The notes under the pieces: generated by a model
The model's input: the letters and a program-made list of their open reading frames with translations, nothing else
Told to the model about the DNA's origin: nothing
Databases searched by the model: none
Shown here: positions 19,121-28,397 of the stretch, piece by piece
Layout: every line of letters begins with the position of its first letter
Numbering within the stretch: the stretch's first letter is position 1
Program-made: the position numbers and the translations under genes
DNA from: a candidate division FCPU426 bacterium
Lineage (GTDB): Bacteria > Oederibacteriota > Muellerivitia > Muellerivitales > Muellerivitaceae
DNA length: 64,000 nt
Reading direction: 5' to 3'
NCBI GenBank assembly: GCA_963771075.1
Contig: CAVYSE010000011.1
Location: forward strand, 384,001-448,000

Positions 19121-20506
19121 TTGGCTTCCATCGTGACGGACCATCAGACTTTCCGTTATCTCCTCCGGGCCCGAACCCTTTGCCTGGGCCTTTTAGTTTT
19201 GCTTTTTTGGGTTGGAGAGGGGAACCAGACCTCCTCCATCGCGGTCGAGGTGGGTTGGGATATCCTGCTTCTCGCCATGGCGTTGAGCCTGGTTTTTGTG
19301 GCGCTGGGCGGTATCCGCCGGATTACGTGGATACTGATCCCGGCCATCATGGTCTTGGACACCTTCTTAACGGGGATATGGGTATCCGCCTCGGGCGGTC
19401 CGGTGAGCAACTATACCCCCATTTTTATTTTAATCCTCGCGTCCGCCTTGATGATCCTTCCCCCCAAGCGCGCGGCCTGGGTGGTGGCCTGGGTCCTGGT
19501 CATCGCCCTCACAACCCTTTACTTGGATTTTTCCTGGAGACTTCCCCTGGTGTTTGAGGCGGGGGAGATCAACCCCTTCTCAGGAATCTTGGAAAAATCA
19601 TCGTTGGAATTCCGCCAGGCGGCTTATTTCCATCAGGGCCTCCGCTGGGTTTTCTTTTTGGTCATGACAACCGCGCTTTGCACGGTCCTGATGCGCCAGG
19701 TGTGGACGCGGGAAGAACGTATCCGGACGAAGGAAAAGGCCTTGGAGCAAAAAAGGCACTTCATTCAAATGGGGGAGTTGACGGGCCGGATTGCCCACGG
19801 GGTCAACACGCCCCTGGGCCTCATCTCAGGCAACCTCGAGCTTTTAATGGGAGAAATGCGCAAAGATACCAAGACCTACAAGCAACTGGTCCAGATTGAT
19901 GAATATGTCCAGCGAGCCATCCACACGGTCCGGGACGTGCTGGATTATTCCCGGCAAAGCCTCTCCGAGATCAAGCCGGTCTTCCTTCCAAATATTCTCC
20001 AGGCCGTGGTCCAGGCGATCCAGCCGAAGTTGAAGGAAAAGGAGGCCAAGCTGATCGTGGACATCGACCCCAAACTTCCTGCCCTGATGGCCTATACGGA
20101 GGGCCTCTTCCAGGCTCACCTCAACCTCATCGAAAACGCCCTGGATTCCTTGGACCCGGGCGGCCTCATCACCCTGACCGCCAAGTTCCAATACCGGGAA
20201 GTGCGGTTGAGCGCCGCGGACAAGCGGGGAGAAATAAAGGTTACGGTCCGTGACACGGGCCGGGGCATCCCGCCCCAGGACCTCAAGAATATTTTCGAGC
20301 CCTTTTACTCGACCAAGGGATTTGGCAAGGGGACCGGTTTGGGATTGGCCATCGTGAAACGCGTGGTGGATGAGCATCGGGGCAGTATGACCGTTGAAAG
20401 CAAACCGGGGAAAGGCTCCTGCTTCACCCTTCTGTTTCCCGTAGATGGATTAACCGATGAGGAAGAGAAGGATAAGGATTCTTTGGGTTATAATGCGAAG
20501 ACTTAA
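19121..20506 (+). CDS. Membrane sensor histidine kinase
   Basis: Multi-TM N-terminus; H-box IAHGVNTPL, NLIENA, DTGRGI, FEPFYSTK, GTGLGL. Confidence 0.93.
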   Translation: MASIVTDHQTFRYLLRARTLCLGLLVLLFWVGEGNQTSSIAVEVGWDILLLAMALSLVFVALGGIRRITWILIPAIMVLDTFLTGIWVSASGGPVSNYTPIFILILASALMILPPKRAAWVVAWVLVIALTTLYLDFSWRLPLVFEAGEINPFSGILEKSSLEFRQAAYFHQGLRWVFFLVMTTALCTVLMRQVWTREERIRTKEKALEQKRHFIQMGELTGRIAHGVNTPLGLISGNLELLMGEMRKDTKTYKQLVQIDEYVQRAIHTVRDVLDYSRQSLSEIKPVFLPNILQAVVQAIQPKLKEKEAKLIVDIDPKLPALMAYTEGLFQAHLNLIENALDSLDPGGLITLTAKFQYREVRLSAADKRGEIKVTVRDTGRGIPPQDLKNIFEPFYSTKGFGKGTGLGLAIVKRVVDEHRGSMTVESKPGKGSCFTLLFPVDGLTDEEEKDKDSLGYNAKT

Positions 20507-20518
20507 AGGAGTATCCCG

Positions 20519-21007
20519 ATGGGGACAAAAAAGAAGAACGTTCCGTCCAAAAAAGCATCACCGAAAAATCGTCCCTTAACGGTTACCCGGTCCCGGGTTT
20601 TGGTGGTCGATGACGAGATCGATTTCGCAAAGATGATCCAAACCAGCCTCCTTCAGTCGGGGTACAGGGTGGATATCGCCCAAAGCGCAACCCAAGCCAT
20701 CGCCCTACAGCGAAAGAACTCTTACGATTTGGCACTGGTTGATCTTAGGATGCCTGAGATGACCGGCTTGGAATTGCTTCAATATCTCAAGCTTAGGGAC
20801 AAGCGCCTTTTCATCATCCTCATGACCGCATATGGCTCTTTCTCCATCGGCATCGAGGCCTTGAAAAAGGGGGCTTGCGATTATTTGGCAAAGCCATTCA
20901 AGCTCAAATCCATGAAGGAAAAGGTCGCTGAGGCATTGCAGCGGCGATCCCGTTTTTTGGAGGAACAAAGCCTTTTTCCCCAGCGTTCGACTCTGGATGA
21001 ATGGTAA
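20519..21007 (+). CDS. Single-domain response regulator
   Basis: VLVVDDE, DLRMPEMTGL, MTAYG, KPF; no output domain. Confidence 0.9.
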   Translation: MGTKKKNVPSKKASPKNRPLTVTRSRVLVVDDEIDFAKMIQTSLLQSGYRVDIAQSATQAIALQRKNSYDLALVDLRMPEMTGLELLQYLKLRDKRLFIILMTAYGSFSIGIEALKKGACDYLAKPFKLKSMKEKVAEALQRRSRFLEEQSLFPQRSTLDEW

Positions 21008-21133
21008 GGGAGCTGTTTTTGAACGGATGGTTCCCGTGAAACGGGTTCAAGTATTGTCTTATTTAAAAAAGATTCACCCGTTTTCAAACGGTTTCGAAAG
21101 TGATAATTTAAGAGATTATAACAATACCTAATT

Positions 21134-21250
21134 TCACCACAGGCCGCCTTGGGCGGCCACAGAGGCACAGAGAAAAACCTTTCTTAATTCAAGGAATCTT
21201 AAACTCATTGTCCGGGTTTACTCTGTGTCTCCGTGTCTCTGTGGTAAAAA
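21134..21250. repeat. CACAGAG-type periodic inverted-repeat element
   Basis: ccacagaggcacagagaaaa ... ctctgtgtctccgtgtctctgtggtaaaa, with a nested ggccgcc/ggcggcc hairpin. Confidence 0.75.
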
Positions 21251-21298
21251 TTGGGTTTTGTCAGAGATTCTAAGTCAACATCCCAAAAGGGGAGCAGG

Positions 21299-21961
21299 TT
21301 GAACAAAAACAAAATCCATCCGGACCTAAAATTGGAACGGAAACCGTTCCAGGGTTTCCGAAAAGTATTCCATGTACTGGCGTCCTCCCTTTTTCCCCTC
21401 TTTTACCTTTATTGCCCTTTCACCTTGTCGCATTCCCAGGCCAGGGTGGTTTTATTGTGGTTTGCGGGTTGTTCATTCGTCGGTTCCCTGTTACTAGATC
21501 TTTTCCGCCTCGCGGATAAGCGGTTCAATTCGCGTTTTATGGCCCAATTTTCTTTTTTGATCCGCAAGGCGGAAGCGAATCGATTAAACGGTTCCACCTT
21601 TCTTCTGCTTGCCTTTGCCATTGTGATGTATTTCTTTTCCCGGCCTGTGGCCATCACGGCCATGTTCTTTCTTTCCCTTGGGGACGCCGCGGCGGAGCTG
21701 GGAGGAAAGAATTTTGGACGGATGAAGATTTTTGAAAGGTCCCTGGAAGGCAGCCTATCTTTCTTTTTAGTGGCCTTCGCCGTGGCTTTTGCCCTTTTAG
21801 AAGACGTTCGCGTGGCCTTTTTTGGCGCATTGGCGGGTGCCTTGGTGGAGCTGTTCTCTTTTGAACTCGATGATAATTTGACGGTACCCATCGGATCAGC
21901 CTTGGCCATTAGCTGCGCCTTGGTTTTTTTCCATTTTTCGAATCAATTCCTGATTTTTTAA
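21299..21961 (+). CDS. CTP-dependent polyprenol/diacylglycerol kinase family membrane protein
   Basis: RKVFH, GDAAAELGG..FG, RSLEGS, DDNLTVPI; TTG start after GGAG. Confidence 0.85.
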   Translation: MNKNKIHPDLKLERKPFQGFRKVFHVLASSLFPLFYLYCPFTLSHSQARVVLLWFAGCSFVGSLLLDLFRLADKRFNSRFMAQFSFLIRKAEANRLNGSTFLLLAFAIVMYFFSRPVAITAMFFLSLGDAAAELGGKNFGRMKIFERSLEGSLSFFLVAFAVAFALLEDVRVAFFGALAGALVELFSFELDDNLTVPIGSALAISCALVFFHFSNQFLIF

Positions 21962-21975
21962 TCCAACCAAGAAAT

Positions 21976-22210
21976 TTCAGTAGTGGGTCAGTTTGAGGGC
22001 GAACGTTCTTTTCCCCCGCCGAAAGAGGGGGATTAAGGGGGAGTTAGCCTGTCTTTAAAGACAAATACCCCCCCTGTCCCCCTTTTTCACCCCCCATTTC
22101 TTCATTCGTGAATACCAAAAAATAAAATGGGGACGTCCCCATGCCTCTTGCCATTTTTCAAAGGAGGCATGGGGGAAGTGGGGAATTATTCAAACTGACC
22201 TACTACCGAA
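21976..22210. mobile_element. MITE-like non-autonomous element
   Basis: 21-bp terminal inverted repeats ttcagtagtgggtcagtttga / tcaaactgacctactaccgaa (19/21) enclosing several C/G-run hairpins; no ORF. Confidence 0.55.
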
Positions 22211-22421
22211 TCTTTGGGGTAGGTAGGCTGCTTTGTAGCCCTTTTATATTTTTTTAGCAGGCCTACTAGGGGTGGGGTTGTCTTGATCAAAACACCCAAT
22301 AAAATAATAGTTTTAACGTAAAACTTTTAACGCTATTGGCAGATTATTGTCTACTTTCGGTAATCAAAACTTAGAAAATCCAACGACCCACCCCTTTTTA
22401 AGTTATTCCCAAACCTGAATT

Positions 22422-22436
22422 TGGCACAGATGATGC
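22422..22436 (+). promoter_or_regulatory. Putative sigma54 promoter
   Basis: TGGCACAGATGATGC, GG-N10-GC spacing, in AT-rich intergenic DNA. Confidence 0.6.
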
Positions 22437-22645
22437 CCTTTAAATAATGAGAACCTAAGCCGCCCGCTTGCCAGCGACGCCTTGGTACCAATTCGTTGGG
22501 TCCAGGCATTTTCCCCTAAAAATCCAATCAAGATTCACAAGGAGAAAATGACTTGTCCGGCAATCCCTGATCGATTTGATAAGGATGCCGGGCAGGAAGT
22601 TGACTGATACGACACTGATTCGGACACCGGAAAGCGAGGGGAGCT

Positions 22646-22804
22646 ATGGATGAGAATTGCGAGAGAATTAAAAGGTTATTGGACCAGTACCGGTTGGGAA
22701 CCTTGGGAGACAAGGAAAAGGCCGAGGTGGAATTTCACCTTTTGACTTGTCCTGAATGCATTTTCCTCTTAACCATGGTGCCCTCCCTGAGCCCGGACCG
22801 TTGA
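22646..22804 (+). CDS. Stand-alone zf-HC2 (ZAS anti-sigma-type zinc finger) protein, 52 aa
   Basis: Manual translation MDENCERIKRLLDQYRLGTLGDKEKAEVEFHLLTCPECIFLLTMVPSLSPDR (C...HxxxCxxC); RBS GAGGGGAG; below the ORF-track length cutoff. Confidence 0.75.
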   Translation: MDENCERIKRLLDQYRLGTLGDKEKAEVEFHLLTCPECIFLLTMVPSLSPDR

Positions 22805-22844
22805 CCCATCCCTTCTTGAACGAGGTGAAGTTGAGTCCCGGCTT

Positions 22845-22877
22845 TTAAGCCCGTCCCCTGACCGGGGACGGGCTTAA
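22845..22877. terminator. Strong hairpin, probable terminator between convergent small ORFs
   Basis: TTAAGCCCGTCCCC-TGACC-GGGGACGGGCTTAA. Confidence 0.6.
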
Positions 22878-22900
22878 TGTATCCATCATCACCGGAATAT

Positions 22901-23077
22901 TCAGGTTTTAGCAGGGGACGGGTTGATGTCACGCTTGTCTGAAAGAAAGATTTCAAAGGCATTCTTAATCGGTTTGGCGGTGGATACCGGCCGACACTTA
23001 AGCTGGAGTGGGATGGCCTGCTGAAAGCAGCCGGTCTTCCGAAGCCTAGTAGGTTTGAGTTTTTTGGTTCGTCCCAT
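22901..23077 (-). CDS. Possible small basic hypothetical protein (58 aa)
   Basis: MGRTKKLKPTRLRK... with AGGAAG upstream and a hairpin downstream; no recognisable motif. Confidence 0.3.
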   Translation of the reverse strand: MGRTKKLKPTRLRKTGCFQQAIPLQLKCRPVSTAKPIKNAFEIFLSDKRDINPSPAKT

Positions 23078-23089
23078 ACTCGGTCTTCC

Positions 23090-23118
23090 TTGACATTCCA
23101 TTGCGCGCTAGGCAAGAT
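23090..23118 (+). promoter_or_regulatory. Putative sigma70 promoter of mfd
   Basis: TTGACA-N17-CAAGAT. Confidence 0.45.
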
Positions 23119-23218
23119 TCATCCACAAATATTGACCTTTTCCGGGTTTTCTGCCCCACATGGGCGTGGAAAGCCCTCTTTGCGTTTACGGACATTTAAA
23201 AAAGGCATTTAAAACCCC

Positions 23219-26200
23219 ATGCCAGTGACTGAACCTAAAACCCCGCCCACCTCTCCCTTGGCTTTAAACAAGCTGGACTGGCCCGAGGCGGAACAATCCC
23301 TCACCGCCCTCAAGGCCATGAAGCCCCGTACGCTGCTTCAGGGTGTGCCGGGTTCGGCCAAACCCTTCCTCATTTCCTGGCTTTACCAGCGTTTAAAAGA
23401 AGAACAACCTTGGTTGATTCTCGCTCCCACCCGGGATGAGGCCTTGGGGTTGCAGGATGATTTGCTGAGCTGGATGCCCGATGTGCCCGTTTTGTTGTGC
23501 CCTTCCTGGGAAATCATGCCCCAGGACGTGGAGACCCCCGATCCTGAATTGATCGGGGAACGACAAAGGGTTTTTTACCAGCTTTTGCAGGGTGGGCCCT
23601 GCGTCATTATCGCCACATTACAAGGCGCCCTTCAGCAGACCCTTCCCGCATCCGAATGGCTGGATCAGGTAATGGTCCTGCGCAGGGATCAGGAGGTCCC
23701 CCTTGATTTAAAGCAAAAACTGGTGGCTTTGGGATACGAATCGGTCACCCAAGTAGTCGAATTGGGACAGTTCGCCATGCGTGGAGGAATCTTGGACCTA
23801 GCCTCCCCGGGTTCGCCTTCCGGGCCAGTGCGTCTGGAGTTTTTCGGCGAGACCCTAATCTCGGTGCGGCCCCTGAATATCCTCAACCAGAGATCGGGTG
23901 GCGACCTTTCGGAAGTTTATGTCTTTCCAGCCCACGAGGTGGTGGTGAAAGCGGAGACGAGCCAGAACCTGAAGGCGGCCCTAAGGGAAAAGGTGAAGGA
24001 AGAATCCCGCTGGGCGTCCTCGGCGCTGGAGCTTTTCACCCAAACTCGTACCTTTCCCGGCTGGGAATGGCAGGCGGTGGGAGCCCTACCGGATCGACAA
24101 TGCCTTTTGGATTACCTTCCCGAAAAAAGCCGACTATTACTCTTAGAACCCCTGGCCCTGGAAAGAAAATTTGAGGAACTGGCGGACAAACTCAAAGCCT
24201 GTGATCGACAGGCCGCCGAGGAGAAATCGGATCTTTTTCCCGCCTCGAACCTTTTTGGCGATCTTCAGTATATTCAAAAGGCGCTCGCGGACGGCCGAGC
24301 CTTCGCCATCGGGCAAATTCTCCAGGACCTCATGGGGGAGTCTCCCGATTTTGATTTCCCAATCCAGTCCCGAAGTCTGAACCCCTATTACGGCAAATTC
24401 GGTTCTTTTATCAATGATTTAAAAAAATGGCTGGACGACAAGGAAAGGGTGATTTTGTGGTGCCATAACCGGGGCGAGAGGGAAAGGCTGATCGAGCTTT
24501 TACGCGAAGAAAAGATCGACCCAAAGGAGACCCCTTCCCTGACCCTGGCCCTGGGTGAGGTGGAACAGGGATTCGCGTTGGAAGGGATCGGTCTCAAGGT
24601 CCTACCCGACCATGACCTGTTCCGCCGCTACCGGGGCCGACGGCACCGCCGCATTCGAACCGTTTCCGGGGGCAAGGCCCTCTCTTCCCTTAATGAGCTA
24701 TCCCTGGGGGATTGGGCGGTCCACCTGGACTGCGGCATCTGCCTCTATCGGGGGCTAACGCCCCTTACCATTGACGAGGTGACCCGCGACTATATCCAAC
24801 TGGAGTTCGCGGACAACGAGAAAATCTACCTTCCCACTGACCAGATCGGGCTCATCCAGCGATATATCGGAAGCGAGGGTTCGCCGGTCCTCTCGAAATT
24901 GGGGGGCGAGCAGTGGAGCCGGACCAAGAATAAAATCAAAAAAGAGATTGAGGCGGTGGCCCGGGAACTGATGGCGCTCTATTCCACCCGCCAGGCCTTG
25001 CGCAAGAAGCCCTTTTCCATCGACACGCCCTGGCAATACGAGTTCGAAGACGCCTTCCTCTATACACTCACACCCGGCCAGCACCAGGCCATTCAGGATG
25101 TTAAAAAGGACATGGAATCGGACCGGGTCATGGACCGATTGGTTTGCGGTGATGTGGGTTACGGCAAGACCGAGGTGGCCATGCGGGCCGCCTTCAAGGC
25201 GGTGCAGGACAAACGCCAGGTCGCCGTCTTGGTGCCCACGACCATACTGGCCCAGCAGCACTTCAACACTTTCAAGGACCGCATGGCGGACTATCCGATC
25301 AAGATCGCGCTCCTCTCCCGTTTCCGCTCTCCCAAGGAAATCCACGAGACCCTCAACCAGGCGCGCGAAGGCGAAATCGACGTCCTCATCGGTACCCACC
25401 GTTTGATCATGAAAGACGTGAAACTGCCCAACCTGGGCCTTTTGGTGATTGACGAAGAGCATCGATTCGGCGTGGCGCAAAAAGAAAAGATGAAGGCCCT
25501 CAAGAAAGACGTGGATGTCCTGACGCTCACGGCAACCCCCATTCCACGCACCCTGCACATGTCCCTTTCCGGCATCCGGGAGATCTCCGTGATCGACACC
25601 CCGCCCCGCAACCGCATGTCGGTCCTGAGCCAGGTGGCTCCCATGGACGAAAAGCTTTTGGGTGAGGCGATCCGGCGGGAAATCAACCGCGAGGGCCAGG
25701 TTTTCTACGTTCACAACCACGTGAAGGATATCGAGCGCATCGCCGACCGACTGCACCAGGTGGTGCCCGAGGCGAAATTGGCGGTAGCCCACGGCCAGCT
25801 TAATGAACATGAGCTGGAATCCATCATGATGGACTTCATCGACCGGGAATACGACGTACTGGTCTGTACCTCCATCATCGAGTCGGGGCTGGACATGCCC
25901 AATGTCAATACGCTTATCGTAGAGCGGGCGGACCATATGGGATTGTCCCAGCTTTACCAGTTGAAGGGCCGGGTCGGCCGCACCGACCGGCAAGCTTACG
26001 CTTACTTTTTCTATCCCCGGCATATGACCCTGAAGGAACTGGCGCAGAAACGGTTGGAGGTCCTCCAGGAATTTTCCTCCCTCGGTTCGGGCCTTCACAT
26101 CGCCATGAAGGACATGGAGATCCGGGGGGCGGGGAACGTGCTCGGCACCCAACAGCACGGCAACATGGACGCCATCGGTTTCGAGCTTTACAGCCGCATG

Positions 26201-26698
26201 CTCAGCCAGGAAGTGGCGCACTTGAAGGGCGAGGCCTTCAGCGAGGACTTCACACCCCAGCTTTCCCTGGGCGTGACGGCTTATTTCCCAAAAGAATATA
26301 TTCCGGACGAGGGACTGAAGATCGAATTTTACCGGAGATTGGCGGAAGCAGGCGACGATTTGGCGGGGGTGGTGGAGGAGTTGAAGGACCGTTTTGGCCC
26401 CCCTCCTCCCGAGGCCCAGATGTTATTGACCGTGGCCTCTTTCCGTCCGCTCACGAAAAACCTGGGCGTCCAAAGGCTGGAGGCCCAAGGCGGCTGGGTC
26501 AGCCTGCAGTGGCATCCAAGCCATTCGCCTGATCCGAAGCGGGTGGAAAAATGGTTCAAGCAGTACCCCCCCTCCCGAATCCGATTCTCCCCGCATGATC
26601 CTAATATGGTTTCCTTTCGCGTGGCGAAGGGGGATGAATCCCAGGAACAACGTCTAGCGGCGGTAGAACGGCTTCTAAAAGACCTACAAAAGGGGTAG
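23219..26698 (+). CDS. mfd: Transcription-repair coupling factor
   Basis: UvrB-like N-terminus, CarD-like domain, DRLVCGDVGYGKTEVA, DEEHRFGV, TATPIPRT, QLKGRVGR, DMEIRGAGN, TRCF C-terminus. Confidence 0.97.
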   Translation: MPVTEPKTPPTSPLALNKLDWPEAEQSLTALKAMKPRTLLQGVPGSAKPFLISWLYQRLKEEQPWLILAPTRDEALGLQDDLLSWMPDVPVLLCPSWEIMPQDVETPDPELIGERQRVFYQLLQGGPCVIIATLQGALQQTLPASEWLDQVMVLRRDQEVPLDLKQKLVALGYESVTQVVELGQFAMRGGILDLASPGSPSGPVRLEFFGETLISVRPLNILNQRSGGDLSEVYVFPAHEVVVKAETSQNLKAALREKVKEESRWASSALELFTQTRTFPGWEWQAVGALPDRQCLLDYLPEKSRLLLLEPLALERKFEELADKLKACDRQAAEEKSDLFPASNLFGDLQYIQKALADGRAFAIGQILQDLMGESPDFDFPIQSRSLNPYYGKFGSFINDLKKWLDDKERVILWCHNRGERERLIELLREEKIDPKETPSLTLALGEVEQGFALEGIGLKVLPDHDLFRRYRGRRHRRIRTVSGGKALSSLNELSLGDWAVHLDCGICLYRGLTPLTIDEVTRDYIQLEFADNEKIYLPTDQIGLIQRYIGSEGSPVLSKLGGEQWSRTKNKIKKEIEAVARELMALYSTRQALRKKPFSIDTPWQYEFEDAFLYTLTPGQHQAIQDVKKDMESDRVMDRLVCGDVGYGKTEVAMRAAFKAVQDKRQVAVLVPTTILAQQHFNTFKDRMADYPIKIALLSRFRSPKEIHETLNQAREGEIDVLIGTHRLIMKDVKLPNLGLLVIDEEHRFGVAQKEKMKALKKDVDVLTLTATPIPRTLHMSLSGIREISVIDTPPRNRMSVLSQVAPMDEKLLGEAIRREINREGQVFYVHNHVKDIERIADRLHQVVPEAKLAVAHGQLNEHELESIMMDFIDREYDVLVCTSIIESGLDMPNVNTLIVERADHMGLSQLYQLKGRVGRTDRQAYAYFFYPRHMTLKELAQKRLEVLQEFSSLGSGLHIAMKDMEIRGAGNVLGTQQHGNMDAIGFELYSRMLSQEVAHLKGEAFSEDFTPQLSLGVTAYFPKEYIPDEGLKIEFYRRLAEAGDDLAGVVEELKDRFGPPPPEAQMLLTVASFRPLTKNLGVQRLEAQGGWVSLQWHPSHSPDPKRVEKWFKQYPPSRIRFSPHDPNMVSFRVAKGDESQEQRLAAVERLLKDLQKG

Positions 26699-26833
26699 TT
26701 TTCATTCCTGTAACCTCCACCTGTGTGATTTTTCACCTATTTTGACTTTTTGTTGTAATGTAAAGGCTCCTTTCGGGCCCTTAAAAGCCTGTTCGGATCA
26801 ATATAAAACAAACGAAGGTTGAGGTTTCAAGCA

Positions 26834-27034
26834 ATGGTTCAAGGTACTGTGAAGTGGTTCAAGAACGAGAAGGGTTTTGGTTTCATTTCCCAAGACGGTG
26901 GCGAAGACGTATTTGTTCACCATTCGTCCATCCAAGGCGAGGGTTACAAGTCGCTGAACGAAGGGGACCGCGTGGAGTTTGAAGTGACCCGCGGGGACAA
27001 GGGCCTGAAAGCTGAGAACGTCGTTAAGATCTAA
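26834..27034 (+). CDS. cspA: Cold-shock protein
   Basis: [22 protein letters not shown]. Confidence 0.95.
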   Translation: MVQGTVKWFKNEKGFGFISQDGGEDVFVHHSSIQGEGYKSLNEGDRVEFEVTRGDKGLKAENVVKI

Positions 27035-27057
27035 TCAAGATCTTTCAGGATTTTTTT

Positions 27058-27097
27058 AAAAGCCCTGTAGTGGTTAACCGCTACAGGGCTTTTTTAT
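27058..27097 (+). terminator. Rho-independent terminator
   Basis: aaaagccctgtag...ctacagggctttttt. Confidence 0.88.
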
Positions 27098-27136
27098 TAG
27101 AGGCATCAAAAATTTATCTTAAGAAGAAAGGCTGCC

Positions 27137-27403
27137 ATGCAAATCAGTGAAAAAGACCTGGGGAAAATAGTCCGCCTACCCGTCCGCCCCGAATGGGGCT
27201 TCGGCATCATCAGCAAAGTCGAGAACCGTTTCGCTTTCATCCTCTTTCAGACAGCCGAGGATAAAACGCCAAAGAAATATTATCTGGCCGAAAATCCATT
27301 GCAGCTTGCGCCCGACCAGAACCAGCCTGATCTCACAAAACGCGCCCGCGTGAAGAACAAAAAGATCAAGGTCAAGGCTGCGGCCCCCAAAGCTGCCGAA
27401 TAA
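27137..27403 (+). CDS. Small hypothetical protein (DUF3553-like SH3-type fold)
   Basis: G..VRLPVRPEWGFGII pattern. Confidence 0.6.
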   Translation: MQISEKDLGKIVRLPVRPEWGFGIISKVENRFAFILFQTAEDKTPKKYYLAENPLQLAPDQNQPDLTKRARVKNKKIKVKAAAPKAAE

Positions 27404-27609
27404 AGTGAGTTGATGATTTCTCCCTCTATCGTGATTGGGAGAGGGTTTATGGATCTGCTTTGCCAGGCGAATAATGTCTAACCTTTTTGGGACTACGGTT
27501 CGGTGGTGAAGGATTGGTATTTGCCCCGGCCCCGCGCTATTGCGGGACCCATCCCTATTTGTTACGATACGCAGTCTTTTTTCCAGTAAAGCCGATACAA
27601 GGAGTCTCC

Positions 27610-28377
27610 ATGGTTTCGCGCCCGACCCGATTCTGTCTAATCCTTTGCGCTGCCGCCCTCTTTTTTACCGGCTGGTCCTGCGGAAAGCTCGGAAATAAAA
27701 ACGCCCTCTCAGACGATCAGGTCGTCGCCACGGTGGGTGCCAAGAAGATAACCTTTGGCGACTGGATGAGGCAAATGGACCTTTTGCGGGTGTTCTCGCC
27801 CCAACCCGTGGACCCTAACAATTCCGAGGCGGTGAAGGCCGTGCTGGACAGCCTGATCGACCAACAAGTGGTGTTGGAAGCGGCCAAGGCGGCCAATTAC
27901 AGCGATCCCAAGTTCGACGAAATTTCCAAGAACAAGCTCATCGAGGCGGGGAACCAGATCAAGGATATCAAGGATCGCCTGGTCCAGGACATGGAAACGG
28001 TGAATCGCCTGGAAAAAACATACAAGGAATCCTACCTGCATATGCTCTTGGCCCAATCCTATGCCACGAGCCGGGCCTCGCTGGTGCCAGTCAGCGACTT
28101 GGAGATGAATGAACGATACGCTAAATATGTCAAGCAAGCGGAAGGTGTCGGCCAGAAACCACATTCTTTTAGCGAGGTAAAAGAACAGGTGAAGATGAGG
28201 TGCCAAGCGGACAAACTGATGAGCCAGATCGAGTCGACCCAAAAGGTCGTCCGGGACGAAGACGCGATCCAAAAATACCTAACCAATCTTTCCACCTCCA
28301 GTGCCTTGCTTCAGGATCAAACGGCCCTGCCGCAACCCTCTTCTGCGGTAACGGCGTCTAAACCGGGCAGGGAATAG
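27610..28377 (+). CDS. Lipoprotein with SurA N-terminal-like chaperone domain
   Basis: GGAG before ATG; lipobox-like GWSC; VVATVG..KIT, LDSLIDQQVVLEAA, FSEVKEQV. Confidence 0.75.
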   Translation: MVSRPTRFCLILCAAALFFTGWSCGKLGNKNALSDDQVVATVGAKKITFGDWMRQMDLLRVFSPQPVDPNNSEAVKAVLDSLIDQQVVLEAAKAANYSDPKFDEISKNKLIEAGNQIKDIKDRLVQDMETVNRLEKTYKESYLHMLLAQSYATSRASLVPVSDLEMNERYAKYVKQAEGVGQKPHSFSEVKEQVKMRCQADKLMSQIESTQKVVRDEDAIQKYLTNLSTSSALLQDQTALPQPSSAVTASKPGRE

Positions 28378-28397
28378 TCTCGAAGGCCCGTTTTCGC

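Noticed and set aside
23005..23082. Possible structured ncRNA or riboswitch (gagtgggatg...cgtcccatactc enclosing small hairpins)
   Set aside because: No match to riboswitch, 6S or SRP consensus that I can recognise; it lies upstream of the mfd promoter and overlaps a possible small ORF. An Rfam/Infernal search would decide.
26710..26740. GTAACC upstream of cspA (also GTAACC at 52748 and GTAACT near 31548) as ECF promoters
   Set aside because: No matching -10 element at the 16-nt spacing; functional context unrelated.
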